Positions 29,719 to 39,550 of a stretch of DNA of 64,000 nt are shown in pieces (positions within the stretch are counted from its first letter, which is position 1; each line of letters starts with the position of its first letter). The notes below the pieces were generated by a model. It was not told the DNA's origin, made no database searches, and was given only the letters and a program-made list of their open reading frames with translations. Source of the stretch: an uncultured Clostridium sp. (lineage in GTDB: Bacteria > Bacillota_I > Bacilli_A > RF39 > UBA660). The translations under genes were made by a program, and so were the position numbers. The DNA lies in assembly GCA_905199855.1 (NCBI GenBank), contig CAJKHY010000001.1:21748-85747 (forward strand), read 5' to 3'.

Positions 29719-29735
29719 CAAACAAATGTATGAAA
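29719..29735. promoter_or_regulatory. Operator-like 17-mer CAAACAAATGTATGAAA (second copy)
   Basis: Identical to 6997-7013. Ends 6 nt before the TTGACATT -35. Confidence 0.35.
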
Positions 29736-29741
29736 CAATAC

Positions 29742-29770
29742 TTGACATTAGTATAATATTATATTATAAT
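29742..29770 (+). promoter_or_regulatory. SigA-type promoter of the prepilin-like gene
   Basis: TTGACA (29742-29747), 17-nt spacer, TATAAT (29765-29770). Confidence 0.6.
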
Positions 29771-29797
29771 TAACTTGAGTTAGAAAGTTGTGATGAT

Positions 29798-30349
29798 ATG
29801 TTAAATAAGAGAGGATTTACTTTAATAGAATTACTTGGAGTATTAGTAATATTAGGACTAGTTTTAGTTTTTACAATGCCAGACGTTATTAATAAAATTA
29901 ATCTAGGTAATAAAAATACATATGAAATGTTAAAAGAAAATATGAAAACTGGCGCCGAAAGTTATGTAAATGAATGTAGCACTTCATCTAGTTTATATAA
30001 TGTTTATCTAATAGATAAAGATAGCAATATTAATGATATAAGCAATAAATATAATATAAGTAATGAATTAATATGTAGTAGTATTGGAATAAATGAATGT
30101 GATAGTAATTATTTAATTAAAAAAGATACTGTTATATTAATACCTTATACCTGTAATGCTATTTATGATAAAACCACCTTAAGTGCCATAGAACTCGTTT
30201 ACAATGGCTTCTTAAAAGGTAACAAAGACAAAAGAGTAATAAGAAGCATGGATAATAAAGATGTAAGCACATGCTTAAAAGTAGAAATAAATTATGATAA
30301 AGAAAGTTATAAGTATAGTTATATAATTAATGATAAGGAATGTGAGTAG
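29798..30349 (+). CDS. Prepilin-type N-terminal cleavage/methylation domain protein (pilin or competence pseudopilin-like)
   Basis: N-terminus MLNKRGFTLIELLGVLVILGLVLVF is the class III signal peptide G/FTLIE motif. 183 aa with Cys pairs in the C-terminal domain. Confidence 0.75.
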   Translation: MLNKRGFTLIELLGVLVILGLVLVFTMPDVINKINLGNKNTYEMLKENMKTGAESYVNECSTSSSLYNVYLIDKDSNINDISNKYNISNELICSSIGINECDSNYLIKKDTVILIPYTCNAIYDKTTLSAIELVYNGFLKGNKDKRVIRSMDNKDVSTCLKVEINYDKESYKYSYIINDKECE

Positions 30350-30350
30350 T

Positions 30351-31022
30351 ATGGTATTTGTAGGAAATAATTGGGATAAAGTATTAGATAGTGAATATAA
30401 AAAAGAATATTTTATTAATTTAGTTAAATTTGTAAACAAGATATATCAAGAAGAAACTGTATTTCCACCTAAAAATCATATCTTGTCCGCTCTTACCATT
30501 ACTGATTATAATGATGTCAAAGTAGTTATTCTAGGACAAGACCCATATCATGGAATAGGGGAAGCAAACGGACTATCATTTTCAGTAAATGATGGTGTAA
30601 GAATACCTCCCTCATTACAAAACATTTATAAAGAGTTATATAATGATTTAGACTGTGAAATAGCTAAAACAGGAAATTTAGAACCATGGGCAAAGCAAGG
30701 AGTATTACTATTAAATGCTGTTTTAACTGTTTCAAAAGATAAACCAGCCTCACATAAAAACATGGGCTGGGAACTATTTACTGATGCCATTATTAAGAAA
30801 GTAAACGAAAAAGAAACACCAGTTGTCTTCCTTTTGTGGGGCTCTTTTGCCCGAAGTAAAAAAACTTTAATTACTAATCCTATACATTTAGTAATCGAAT
30901 CGACACATCCATCACCATTCTCGGCCTCCAACGGTTTTTTTGGGAGCAAACCATTTTCAAAGACAAACAATTTCTTAAAAGCAAATGGTATCAAAGAAAT
31001 AGACTGGAGCATAAAAAAATGA
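30351..31022 (+). CDS. ung: Uracil-DNA glycosylase
   Basis: VVILGQDPYHGIGEANGLSFSV and HPSPFSA motifs. Start at ATG 30351. Confidence 0.9.
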   Translation: MVFVGNNWDKVLDSEYKKEYFINLVKFVNKIYQEETVFPPKNHILSALTITDYNDVKVVILGQDPYHGIGEANGLSFSVNDGVRIPPSLQNIYKELYNDLDCEIAKTGNLEPWAKQGVLLLNAVLTVSKDKPASHKNMGWELFTDAIIKKVNEKETPVVFLLWGSFARSKKTLITNPIHLVIESTHPSPFSASNGFFGSKPFSKTNNFLKANGIKEIDWSIKK

Positions 31023-31024
31023 TT

Positions 31025-31573
31025 TCATAATTTGAAATCATTATAATCATCATCACTCATATTTTTTTTGTCATAGAATAATTTTTCTTCATATTTACAA
31101 ATAAGTGCCACAATATTATTAGGAAAAGTTCTTACTAATTTATTATATTTAGTAATATTCTTATCATAATATTTTTTTAAAGTATCCAATTTGTCGTCTA
31201 TTTCCCTTAATGAAACGGATATTTTTTTTATTTCCTCACTTTTTTCTAGTTCCTTATATTCAGTCTTTAAACTAGTAAACTCATTCGTAGCTAAAACCAA
31301 TTGTCTATCCAATTCAAAATTACTTATTTTTCTTGATCTTAGTTTAATAATATCCTCAAATATTTCTTTCTCAATTTTAACATTTCCTTTTATAATAGCC
31401 ATAGCCTTATTTAAAGCATCATACTTATTCCTTAAAAGAGTATCAATATTAGACTCTGCTTCATTTATTCTAATAATTGATTCCTGAAATTTATTATAAA
31501 TAACCATGTAAAAAGCAACAAGACCACAGAAAATAAGTACAGTAATTAATAAATATATAAAAAGTAAGTCCAT
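31025..31573 (-). CDS. lemA: LemA family protein
   Basis: N-terminal TM helix plus a helical domain. ...NRYYDKNITKYNKLVRTFPNNIVA resembles the LemA C-terminal signature. Start at ATG 31573. Confidence 0.7.
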   Translation of the reverse strand: MDLLFIYLLITVLIFCGLVAFYMVIYNKFQESIIRINEAESNIDTLLRNKYDALNKAMAIIKGNVKIEKEIFEDIIKLRSRKISNFELDRQLVLATNEFTSLKTEYKELEKSEEIKKISVSLREIDDKLDTLKKYYDKNITKYNKLVRTFPNNIVALICKYEEKLFYDKKNMSDDDYNDFKL

Positions 31574-31621
31574 ATTCTCACATCCTAAAAACATTATAGC
31601 AAAATAAAACTATTTTTTCAA

Positions 31622-31984
31622 CTAAAACTCTTTAATAAATTTAATTGGTTCTTCAAATGTAACAAAATCCAAGTAAATCATTAAAATTAAATACCATTCC
31701 CCGTTAGTAGGATTACTTAAGATAATATGATCCCTTCCTGCTTGCTCAATTACTCCCGTAAAAAGTTTATCCTTATAATCTTCACTACCAGGAATTGTTA
31801 CATATACTTTAGCCATTTTCCCCTTATTTAACCTAAGAATGTTCTCAATATATGACATCTCCTCATCATTAGTGAAAACATTTTGAGCCTCATAACTAGG
31901 TACACTTTGTTGGTTTGGAATAGTATTATTATTTAAACCAGTACCAGGGAAAGTAGGATTACTACCATAATAACCATTGTTCAT
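31622..31984 (-). CDS. gerQ: Spore coat protein GerQ-like
   Basis: MSYIENILRLNKGKMAKVYVT...FTGVIEQAGRDHIILSNPTNGEWYLILMIYLDFVTFEE closely resembles GerQ (YwdL) as I recall it. Gln/Asn/Pro-rich N-terminus. Confidence 0.7.
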   Translation of the reverse strand: MNNGYYGSNPTFPGTGLNNNTIPNQQSVPSYEAQNVFTNDEEMSYIENILRLNKGKMAKVYVTIPGSEDYKDKLFTGVIEQAGRDHIILSNPTNGEWYLILMIYLDFVTFEEPIKFIKEF

Positions 31985-32088
31985 AAAATCATTCCTTTCT
32001 TTAAAAATTATATGAATAAGTTAAGTAAAATATGAAAAATTTTGGTTTCAAAATAAAAATGTAGTATAATGTCATTAGGGTGTTATAT

Positions 32089-32862
32089 ATGAGCATAATC
32101 AAATATATTATTAATATTTATTCAAACAATCCTAAATCATTTTGGCTTGCAGCTACTTTAGGACTATTTTGTGTATTAATGAAAATATATTATCCTAAAT
32201 TTAGAGGATTTATGGGTGAGTTTTGGGTAAAACTTGAATTAAAAAAATTATCTAACAAAAATTATGTGGTTTTAAATGATATAATGATTAAGGACGAATA
32301 TGGAACACACCAAATAGACCATATTGTTTTATCTAATCATGGTATCTTTGTTATTGAAATGAAAAATTATTATGGCTTAATAACTGGAAGAGAATACGAT
32401 TCCAAGTGGTGCCAACATTTAGGAAAAACAAAGCATTATTTTATGAATCCTATTTATCAAAACTATGGGCACATTAAAACATTATCAAAATTACTAAATA
32501 TAGATGAAAGATATTTTGTTTCAATTATTTGCTTTTCTAATCAAGCAAAAATTAAGGTAAACACTAAGAATGTAGTAATTCAATTGGATTATTTAGTGGA
32601 TAAAATATTAGAATTTAAAGAGATAACTTTAGCCAAGGATATAATTAATATAAATAATGTTATTAAAATTAATAATATTACTGATAGAGAAATAAGAAAA
32701 AAACATATTAAAGGCATCCACCACAAAATAGAAAACAATAATAAATTAGTAAACAATATGACTTGTCCTATATGTGGTGGCACATTGGTTACAAGAGAAG
32801 GAAAGTATGGAAAATTTATTGGGTGTTCTAACTATCCAAAATGTTATTATAAAAAGAAATAA
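32089..32862 (+). CDS. NERD-domain protein with C-terminal topoisomerase-type C4 zinc finger
   Basis: N-terminal TM helix. NERD core (..GEFWV..L..ND....HQIDHIVLSNHGIFVIEMKNY..). C-terminal CPICGGTLV..GKFIGCSNYPKC. Confidence 0.75.
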   Translation: MSIIKYIINIYSNNPKSFWLAATLGLFCVLMKIYYPKFRGFMGEFWVKLELKKLSNKNYVVLNDIMIKDEYGTHQIDHIVLSNHGIFVIEMKNYYGLITGREYDSKWCQHLGKTKHYFMNPIYQNYGHIKTLSKLLNIDERYFVSIICFSNQAKIKVNTKNVVIQLDYLVDKILEFKEITLAKDIININNVIKINNITDREIRKKHIKGIHHKIENNNKLVNNMTCPICGGTLVTREGKYGKFIGCSNYPKCYYKKK

Positions 32863-32922
32863 TTTTTCCTTTATAAAACAAAAAAAATGTAGTATAATGT
32901 TTCTAAGGTTGAAGGTGATTAT

Positions 32923-33486
32923 ATGAATATAAGAGTAGGAGTTTCTAATAGACACGTTCATTTACTTGAAAGTGATTATGAAATATTATTTGGGAAAAAC
33001 AGTCGTTTAACAAAAAGAAACGATTTATCACAAGATGATGAGTTCGCATCAAATGATGTTGTAACTATAAAAACAGAAGCAGGGGTCCTAAATAATGTAA
33101 GAGTTTTAGGTCCATTTCGTAATTATACACAAGTAGAAGTATCTAAAACAGACACCTATACATTAAAAATTAATCCTGCATATGCTTCATCAGGTCATTT
33201 TGAAGATGCCAGTGTCGTTACTATTATAGGACCAAAAGGCAAAGTTACCAAAAAATGTTGTATCTTAGCAGTTAGACATATTCATGTTAACAATATTGAT
33301 GATACATATCATGATAACCAAAAAGTAAGTGTTATTATTGATACCATAAAAGGTGGTATAATGGATAATGTATATATCAAAAAAGGCAAAGGTTATCACT
33401 TTGAACTTCATCTAGATACCGATGATGCCAATGCCTTCGATTTAAAAAACGGAGATTATGTAAGAATTATAGATGAGGAAGTGTAA
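32923..33486 (+). CDS. pduL: Phosphate propanoyltransferase / acyltransferase, PduL family
   Basis: MNIRVGVSNRHVHL... and a second ..AVRHIHV.. repeat are characteristic of PduL. 187 aa. Confidence 0.75.
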   Translation: MNIRVGVSNRHVHLLESDYEILFGKNSRLTKRNDLSQDDEFASNDVVTIKTEAGVLNNVRVLGPFRNYTQVEVSKTDTYTLKINPAYASSGHFEDASVVTIIGPKGKVTKKCCILAVRHIHVNNIDDTYHDNQKVSVIIDTIKGGIMDNVYIKKGKGYHFELHLDTDDANAFDLKNGDYVRIIDEEV

Positions 33487-33488
33487 AA

Positions 33489-34610
33489 ATGACATATTTA
33501 GATTATTCGGCAACCACGCCAATTAGAAAAGAAGTATTAGATATATATAACAAAGTATCCCTAGAATATCCTGGGAACTCTAATTCTTTGCATTCCTTAG
33601 GCGTAAAAAGTAAAGAATTAGAAGATAAATGCACCAAAATAATCAGTAATTTACTCAAAGTAAAACAAAATGAGATCATATATACCTCCGGTGCCAGTGA
33701 ATCAAACAATACTGCAATTAAAGGAATATGTTTCAAATACCAAAATCGTGGTAAACACATCATAACCACATATTTAGAACATTCTTCTATCATAGCCCCC
33801 TTAAATTATTTAAGTGATTTAGGCTTTGAAGTAGATTTTGTTAACATCAAAGAAAATGGTTTAGTAGATGTGGAACACCTAAAAAGCCTACTTAGAGACG
33901 ATACAATTTTAGTTAGCATATGTGCCGTTGACAGTGAAATAGGACTCGTAGAACCAATAAATGAAATTGCAAATATTTTAAAAGAATATCCTAAATGCTT
34001 TTTCCATGTAGATTGTACCCAAGCCTTAGGCAAAATAGATATTGATTTTACCAACATTGATTTAGCTAGCATGTCAGCCCATAAAATATTTGGACCAAAA
34101 GGAATTGGCTTACTTATCAAAAAAGAAAATATTGTAATTGAACCACTTATTCACGGAGGGAAAAGTACAACACCATATAGAAGTGGCACACCACCATTAC
34201 CTTTAATCGCAGGACTTACCAAAGCCCTAGAACTAAGCATTCCAAACGTAGATAAAAACTATGACTATATAAAAAAGTTAAGTGATAAAGTAAAAGAAAA
34301 ACTTAGTACATACAAAATCGTTCATATAAATAGTACTAGTAATTCTATTCCCCATACCATTAATTTTAGTTTAAAAAACATCAAACCAGAAACATTCATC
34401 CATGCCTTAGAAGAAAAAGAAATATATATATCAACCAAAAGTGCTTGTTCCAAGAGTGATTCGATATCTAAAAGTGTATTAGCTTTAACCAACGATTATG
34501 AATTATCAAATACAACCCTAAGAATTAGCATATCTTGCATGACAACAGAAAGTGAAATTGATTATTTCCTATCTACATTTGATGAATGTATAAATAAACT
34601 AAATTTATGA
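33489..34610 (+). CDS. Cysteine desulfurase (class V aminotransferase, NifS/IscS-like)
   Basis: MTYLDYSATTP, the SAHKIFGPKGIG PLP-lysine motif, and a C-terminal STKSACS active-site Cys region. Confidence 0.8.
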   Translation: MTYLDYSATTPIRKEVLDIYNKVSLEYPGNSNSLHSLGVKSKELEDKCTKIISNLLKVKQNEIIYTSGASESNNTAIKGICFKYQNRGKHIITTYLEHSSIIAPLNYLSDLGFEVDFVNIKENGLVDVEHLKSLLRDDTILVSICAVDSEIGLVEPINEIANILKEYPKCFFHVDCTQALGKIDIDFTNIDLASMSAHKIFGPKGIGLLIKKENIVIEPLIHGGKSTTPYRSGTPPLPLIAGLTKALELSIPNVDKNYDYIKKLSDKVKEKLSTYKIVHINSTSNSIPHTINFSLKNIKPETFIHALEEKEIYISTKSACSKSDSISKSVLALTNDYELSNTTLRISISCMTTESEIDYFLSTFDECINKLNL

Positions 34611-34622
34611 GTGAGGTAATTT

Positions 34623-34889
34623 ATGAAAATAATTAAATTTAATGCAATATGGTGTCCTGGTTGCTTAGTAATGAAATCAAGATGGAAAAAAGTATGTAAC
34701 GAAATACCTGATCTTGATATTACTAATTATGACTATGATATAGATACAGACATGGTAAAAAAATATAATATAGGTAAAATCTTACCCGTAACTATATTTT
34801 TAAACAAAGAAGAAGAAGTAGAAAGATTAATTGGAGAAATATCTTATAATAAATTAATTGAAACAATTAATAAATATAGAGGCTTTTAA
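34623..34889 (+). CDS. Thioredoxin-like protein
   Basis: 88 aa with WCPGC at the N-terminus. Confidence 0.7.
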   Translation: MKIIKFNAIWCPGCLVMKSRWKKVCNEIPDLDITNYDYDIDTDMVKKYNIGKILPVTIFLNKEEEVERLIGEISYNKLIETINKYRGF

Positions 34890-34890
34890 A

Positions 34891-36129
34891 ATGAAAAATA
34901 AGTATATAAAATATTTAGTTGTTTTAGTCTTGTCATTATTTACCTTTATACCTAGTACTAAAGCATTAGAAGAAAATATAGTAAACATCCATTTATTTTA
35001 TTCTAAAGTATGCCCTCACTGTGCAAAAGAAATAAAAATAATTAATGAATTAGAAAAGAAATATGATAACTTAAAAGTGTATAAACACGAAACTTCTACT
35101 CAAGAAGCATACGAATTACTTAAAAAAGTAGAAGATTACTTTGACATCAAAGTAAAAACAGTACCATTTACCGTTATTGGAGAAAAGTATTATTCAGGTT
35201 ACAGTGAAGAAAGCACCAAAAAAGAATTTGTAGAAATAATCGAAGTATATTCCAAAACTGGGTATAAAGACATAGTAGGAGAGTATATGGGTAATATAGA
35301 ATTGCCCAAAGAAGAAGTAAATAACAATACTAAAGACAATATTGACGATTTAATAAAAGAAGAAAAAAACAATAAAATAGTAAATATTCCCTTAATTGGA
35401 AAAGTAAATTTAAAAAATCTAGCAATACCTTTAGTAACCGTAATAATTGGTTTATTAGATGGTTTTAATCCATGTGCTATGTGGGTTTTGCTATTCCTAA
35501 TCAGTATGCTTCTTGGAATAAAAAATAAAAAAAGAATGTGGTCATTAGGACTAGCATTTATAATAACATCAGCATTAATATATTTTCTATTCATGGTAGC
35601 ATGGCTAAACATCACAAGCATTATTACCAAAGTAACATTATTTAGAACCGTTATAGCTATCATTGCCTTAATTGGAGGAAGTGTTAATTTTTATAGTTAT
35701 CTAAAAACTAGAAAAGATTCAGGTTGCAATGTCATAGATGATAAAAAAAGAACAAAAATATTTGATAAAATAAAAAAATTCACTCATGAAAAAAGTTTTA
35801 TTTTAGCACTTCTTGGTATTATCTCTTTATCGATAACAGTTAACCTAGTAGAACTAGCTTGTTCAGCCGGATTACCTGTCATGTATATAGAAATACTTAA
35901 TATGAATAATCTAACCAATTTAGAATACTATTTATACATTATCTTATATGTAATCTTCTTTATGTTAGATGACATTATTGTCTTTAGCATAGCAATGATA
36001 TCATTAGAATTAACAGGTTTTTCTACAAAATATGGTAAACTATCTAAATTAATCGGGGGTATTTTATTAATAACAATAGGCATCTTAATGCTTATCAAAC
36101 CAGAATGGTTAATGTTTAATTTTAATTAG
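34891..36129 (+). CDS. Secreted thioredoxin-fold domain (CPHC) fused to a DsbD/CcdA-like membrane domain
   Basis: Signal/anchor sequence, YSKVCPHCAKE, then polytopic LLDGFNPCAMWVLLFLI and ...LACSAGLPV motifs. Start at ATG 34891. Confidence 0.55.
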   Translation: MKNKYIKYLVVLVLSLFTFIPSTKALEENIVNIHLFYSKVCPHCAKEIKIINELEKKYDNLKVYKHETSTQEAYELLKKVEDYFDIKVKTVPFTVIGEKYYSGYSEESTKKEFVEIIEVYSKTGYKDIVGEYMGNIELPKEEVNNNTKDNIDDLIKEEKNNKIVNIPLIGKVNLKNLAIPLVTVIIGLLDGFNPCAMWVLLFLISMLLGIKNKKRMWSLGLAFIITSALIYFLFMVAWLNITSIITKVTLFRTVIAIIALIGGSVNFYSYLKTRKDSGCNVIDDKKRTKIFDKIKKFTHEKSFILALLGIISLSITVNLVELACSAGLPVMYIEILNMNNLTNLEYYLYIILYVIFFMLDDIIVFSIAMISLELTGFSTKYGKLSKLIGGILLITIGILMLIKPEWLMFNFN

Positions 36130-36139
36130 GAAGTGTAGT

Positions 36140-38062
36140 ATGAAAAAGTTTTATCTATTTTTATTCAACTATGGAGTTTTACTATTATTAGAATTTATAT
36201 ATGGGATCTTAACATTTGATAACTTCTCACGTAGCACAATTATTAATATTATTCTCTTTATGATACCTATTTCTTTAATAATAACAATAATAACCAGTTT
36301 ATTTAACGAAAAAGTAAATAAAATCATTACCTACGTTATATATGGAATACTAGGTATTTGGTATAATATTTATTTTGTCTTTGAAAAAATATTTGATTCC
36401 TTTTTCTCATTATCAGTATTCAAACTAAGTGATCAAGGTCTAAAATTCGCTGGTAATGGAATAAGTGGTATATTTAAAAACATCTATGGAGTATTACTAC
36501 TATTTCTTCCTTTAATACTAGTAATAATACTAAAAAATAAACTAAGTTTTAAAAAAATGAAATTAAAAGAAATACCATTTTACCTCGTCGCCATAATATT
36601 ATTCTTCTTTGCATTTGTCTTCAATATAGAAAAACAAAAAGGAGTTGCCTACAGTGCATATGACTTATATCATAACATCAATGATAATGCTCTAAACATT
36701 GAGAAACTTGGCCTAATCAATGCCACATTCATAGATATAGACAGATCCATAAGAGGCTTTGAAGAGAAAATAATTATAGATAATAAAAGTGATAATAAAG
36801 AAAACAAAGATAATAAAGATGAAATATTTGTTTACGAATATAACAAGTTAGATATTGACTTTGCCAGTATCTTAAATAGAGTAAGTGGCGATAATAAAAC
36901 AATTACCAGTTATATTATGAATGACACACCAACCAAACAAAATAAATATACAGGAATATTTAAAGACAAAAACCTAATATATATAACCGCGGAAAGCTTT
37001 AGTGAAATCGCCGTTTCAAAAGAACTTACCCCAACATTATATAAACTAGTTAATGACGGATTCCAGTTCACTAACTATTATTCCTCTAATAACTTAAGCA
37101 CCATAGGCGGAGAGTTTCAATCCCTAACTGGACTCTATGCCAATAACACAATACTTAGAACATGGCGCAATGGAAACAATTATTTCCCTTATGGACTCGC
37201 CACGATGTTTAAAAATGAAGGATATCAAACATATGCTTACCATGATCATTCATATACCTTCCAAGATAGAAACAAATATATAAAATCAATGGGCTTTGAT
37301 AACTTTAAAGCTTGTTACAATGGCCTAGAGAAACTCATTAATTGTAAGCAGTGGCCAGAAAGTGATGTTGAAATGATTGAACAAACCGCCAGTGATTACC
37401 TTGACAATGACAAATTCATGGCATATTACATGACAGTATCTGGACATTTTGAATATAACTGGGGTAACAAAATGAGCAAAAAACATTATGAAGAAGTAAA
37501 AGATTTACCTTACAGTGAACCAGTTAAAGCCTACCTAGCCACCCAAATAGAATTAGACAAAGCATTAGAACTATTAATTAACAAACTAGAAGAAAAAGGC
37601 AAATTAGATGATACAGTTATAGTCTTACTTTGTGATCATTATCCATATGGATTAAAAATAGAAGAAATTAACGAAGTATCCAACTATCAAAGAGATACCG
37701 TAGTAGAAGTAAATAGCAATAACCTAATAATATGGAATAACAAAATAAAAAAGACAACAGTTGATAAAGTAGCCATGTCTATTGATGTAATACCTACCGT
37801 ATATAACTTATTTGGATTAAAATACGATTCCAGATTATTCATGGGCAAAGATATTTTTAGTGATAGTGAAGGAATAGCATTCTTTAAAAACAGAAGTTGG
37901 GTGACAGAAAAAGGAACTTATTTAACAAGTGGCAACAAAATGATAAACAACAGTGAAGAAGTAAGCGAAGATTACATCAAAAATATTAGTAATATCGTAG
38001 CCAATAGAATGAACATGAGCAGACTAATAGTCAAAACTAATTATTATAATGTATTAAAATAA
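36140..38062 (+). CDS. LTA synthase-family sulfatase (LtaS-like)
   Basis: Five N-terminal TM helices plus an extracellular sulfatase domain (YITAESFS, HDHSYTFQDR, LCDHYPYG). Confidence 0.75.
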   Translation: MKKFYLFLFNYGVLLLLEFIYGILTFDNFSRSTIINIILFMIPISLIITIITSLFNEKVNKIITYVIYGILGIWYNIYFVFEKIFDSFFSLSVFKLSDQGLKFAGNGISGIFKNIYGVLLLFLPLILVIILKNKLSFKKMKLKEIPFYLVAIILFFFAFVFNIEKQKGVAYSAYDLYHNINDNALNIEKLGLINATFIDIDRSIRGFEEKIIIDNKSDNKENKDNKDEIFVYEYNKLDIDFASILNRVSGDNKTITSYIMNDTPTKQNKYTGIFKDKNLIYITAESFSEIAVSKELTPTLYKLVNDGFQFTNYYSSNNLSTIGGEFQSLTGLYANNTILRTWRNGNNYFPYGLATMFKNEGYQTYAYHDHSYTFQDRNKYIKSMGFDNFKACYNGLEKLINCKQWPESDVEMIEQTASDYLDNDKFMAYYMTVSGHFEYNWGNKMSKKHYEEVKDLPYSEPVKAYLATQIELDKALELLINKLEEKGKLDDTVIVLLCDHYPYGLKIEEINEVSNYQRDTVVEVNSNNLIIWNNKIKKTTVDKVAMSIDVIPTVYNLFGLKYDSRLFMGKDIFSDSEGIAFFKNRSWVTEKGTYLTSGNKMINNSEEVSEDYIKNISNIVANRMNMSRLIVKTNYYNVLK

Positions 38063-38083
38063 ATAACATTAAAATCATATACT

Positions 38084-38106
38084 ATTGCTATGCTGTTATA
38101 ATTCTA
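38084..38106 (+). repeat. REP-like intergenic repeat unit
   Basis: ATTGCTATGCTGTTATAATTCT, about 22 nt after the stop of the LtaS-like gene. Confidence 0.7.
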
Positions 38107-38123
38107 AAAATTATCTTATGAAC

Positions 38124-38152
38124 GAAATACCTAAAAAAACTAGGTATTTTTC
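38124..38152. terminator. Bidirectional terminator
   Basis: AATACCTA-aaaaaac-TAGGTATT with flanking A and T runs, between convergent genes. Confidence 0.65.
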
Positions 38153-38162
38153 TTAATATAAT

Positions 38163-38921
38163 TTAACTTCTCAAAAAACTATCAATAATTAATAAACATT
38201 CCATATAATTAGTACTTAAAGGAAAATGATTTGCATTTTTAATAGTAATCAAAGCCGAATCCTTAATGTACTTATTCATAATCATACCATCACTTATTGG
38301 AGTCTCCGTATCATATTCCCCCCATAACAAAATCGTAGGACATTTTATTAAACTAAGTTTATCTATATAATTATCATTAACCACCTTTACCAAAGTATTT
38401 CTTAAAACAACATTACTATTATTATAATCCCTAGAACCGTATTTTTTCCTCAAATCATCAAGCAAATAATTAGCCCTTTTCTCATTATAAAATTTCTTTA
38501 TTAAGTTTTTTAATAATTTAAACTTATACACCTTATACTTCTTATAAATGCTTTTCTTTTTATTTATCCCCGCTGAATCAATTAAAATTATCTTATTGGG
38601 ATTATATTTCCTATTAGTAACAAGATCAATAATCACTTTACCACCAAAAGAATGACCAAGTAAAGTAGGGGAATCTATTTTAAAATGCTTAATAAATTCT
38701 AAAACTATCTCACTATAATCAGTAGTGTTAAAAGATTCTCTTAATTCACTCTTACCAAATCCAGGTAAATCAATAGCATAGATAGAGTAGTTATCCTTCA
38801 AATCGTTAATAAGATTATTAAAATAATTCAAATTAAGCCCCCAACCATGTAAAAGAACCAAATTCTTACCATGACCAACATGTGTATAATTAATATTAAT
38901 ACCTAAAATATTCACTTGCAT
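38163..38921 (-). CDS. Alpha/beta hydrolase
   Basis: HGWG oxyanion region, GHSFGG nucleophile elbow, C-terminal NANHFP (catalytic His). Confidence 0.8.
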   Translation of the reverse strand: MQVNILGININYTHVGHGKNLVLLHGWGLNLNYFNNLINDLKDNYSIYAIDLPGFGKSELRESFNTTDYSEIVLEFIKHFKIDSPTLLGHSFGGKVIIDLVTNRKYNPNKIILIDSAGINKKKSIYKKYKVYKFKLLKNLIKKFYNEKRANYLLDDLRKKYGSRDYNNSNVVLRNTLVKVVNDNYIDKLSLIKCPTILLWGEYDTETPISDGMIMNKYIKDSALITIKNANHFPLSTNYMECLLIIDSFLRS

Positions 38922-38964
38922 AAATTCACCTAATAAATTCTATGTTAAAAGTTTAAAAAAATGT

Positions 38965-38993
38965 TTGACAAATAATTGCTTTTAATATACAAT
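38965..38993 (+). promoter_or_regulatory. SigA-type promoter of tRNA-Ser
   Basis: AAAAAAATG-TTGACA (38965-38970), 17-nt spacer, TACAAT (38988-38993). Confidence 0.65.
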
Positions 38994-39008
38994 ATTAATA
39001 TGGCAGAT

Positions 39009-39099
39009 GGAGTAGTACTCAAGAGGCTGAAGAGGCGCCCCTGCTAAGGGTGTAGACTGGGAAACTGGTGCGAGAGTTCAAATCTCTCCTACTCCGCCA
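39009..39099 (+). tRNA. tRNA-Ser (anticodon GCU)
   Basis: Hand fold. Acceptor GGAGTAG/CTACTCC, anticodon stem CGCCC/GGGTG with loop CTGCTAA, long variable arm, T-arm GAGAG-TTCAAAT-CTCTC, encoded CCA. Confidence 0.9.
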
Positions 39100-39163
39100 T
39101 TTATATTTGTAAGTAGTAATCCGATAAGGATTTTTATTTTCTCTAAGAAAGGGTGGGTTATAT

Positions 39164-39541
39164 ATGAATGAATTTAGTCCTAGTAAGTTTTTAAATGGTG
39201 AAATAAATATAGATAATTGTAATCATGAAGTAGTTTTCAAAAGTAGTAACGATGAAGGAGGAACAGGACCTTATTTCTATTACTGTCCAATCTGTTCCTC
39301 TAACATAATTCAAAGTGTCAGCAGTGGTTTTGAAAATAATCGATGCGTTTACATAACTGATGCTACTAGAACTAAAGATATTCATTATATCAAAGGTTTC
39401 ATAACATCACTTGCTTATTGCAATAAAGATAAAGAATATTTTAATTTAAATAGATATTTTATAAAACACAAAGAAGAAATAAAAAATGAATTAGATAAAA
39501 TAAATAATAGCACCAATAATAAAAAACTTATTAAAAAATAA
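39164..39541 (+). CDS. Hypothetical protein
   Basis: 125-aa ORF with SD AAGGGTGGG. Contains CNH...CPIC, a possible zinc ribbon. No family recognised. Confidence 0.5.
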   Translation: MNEFSPSKFLNGEINIDNCNHEVVFKSSNDEGGTGPYFYYCPICSSNIIQSVSSGFENNRCVYITDATRTKDIHYIKGFITSLAYCNKDKEYFNLNRYFIKHKEEIKNELDKINNSTNNKKLIKK

Positions 39542-39550
39542 GAGGTTAAT

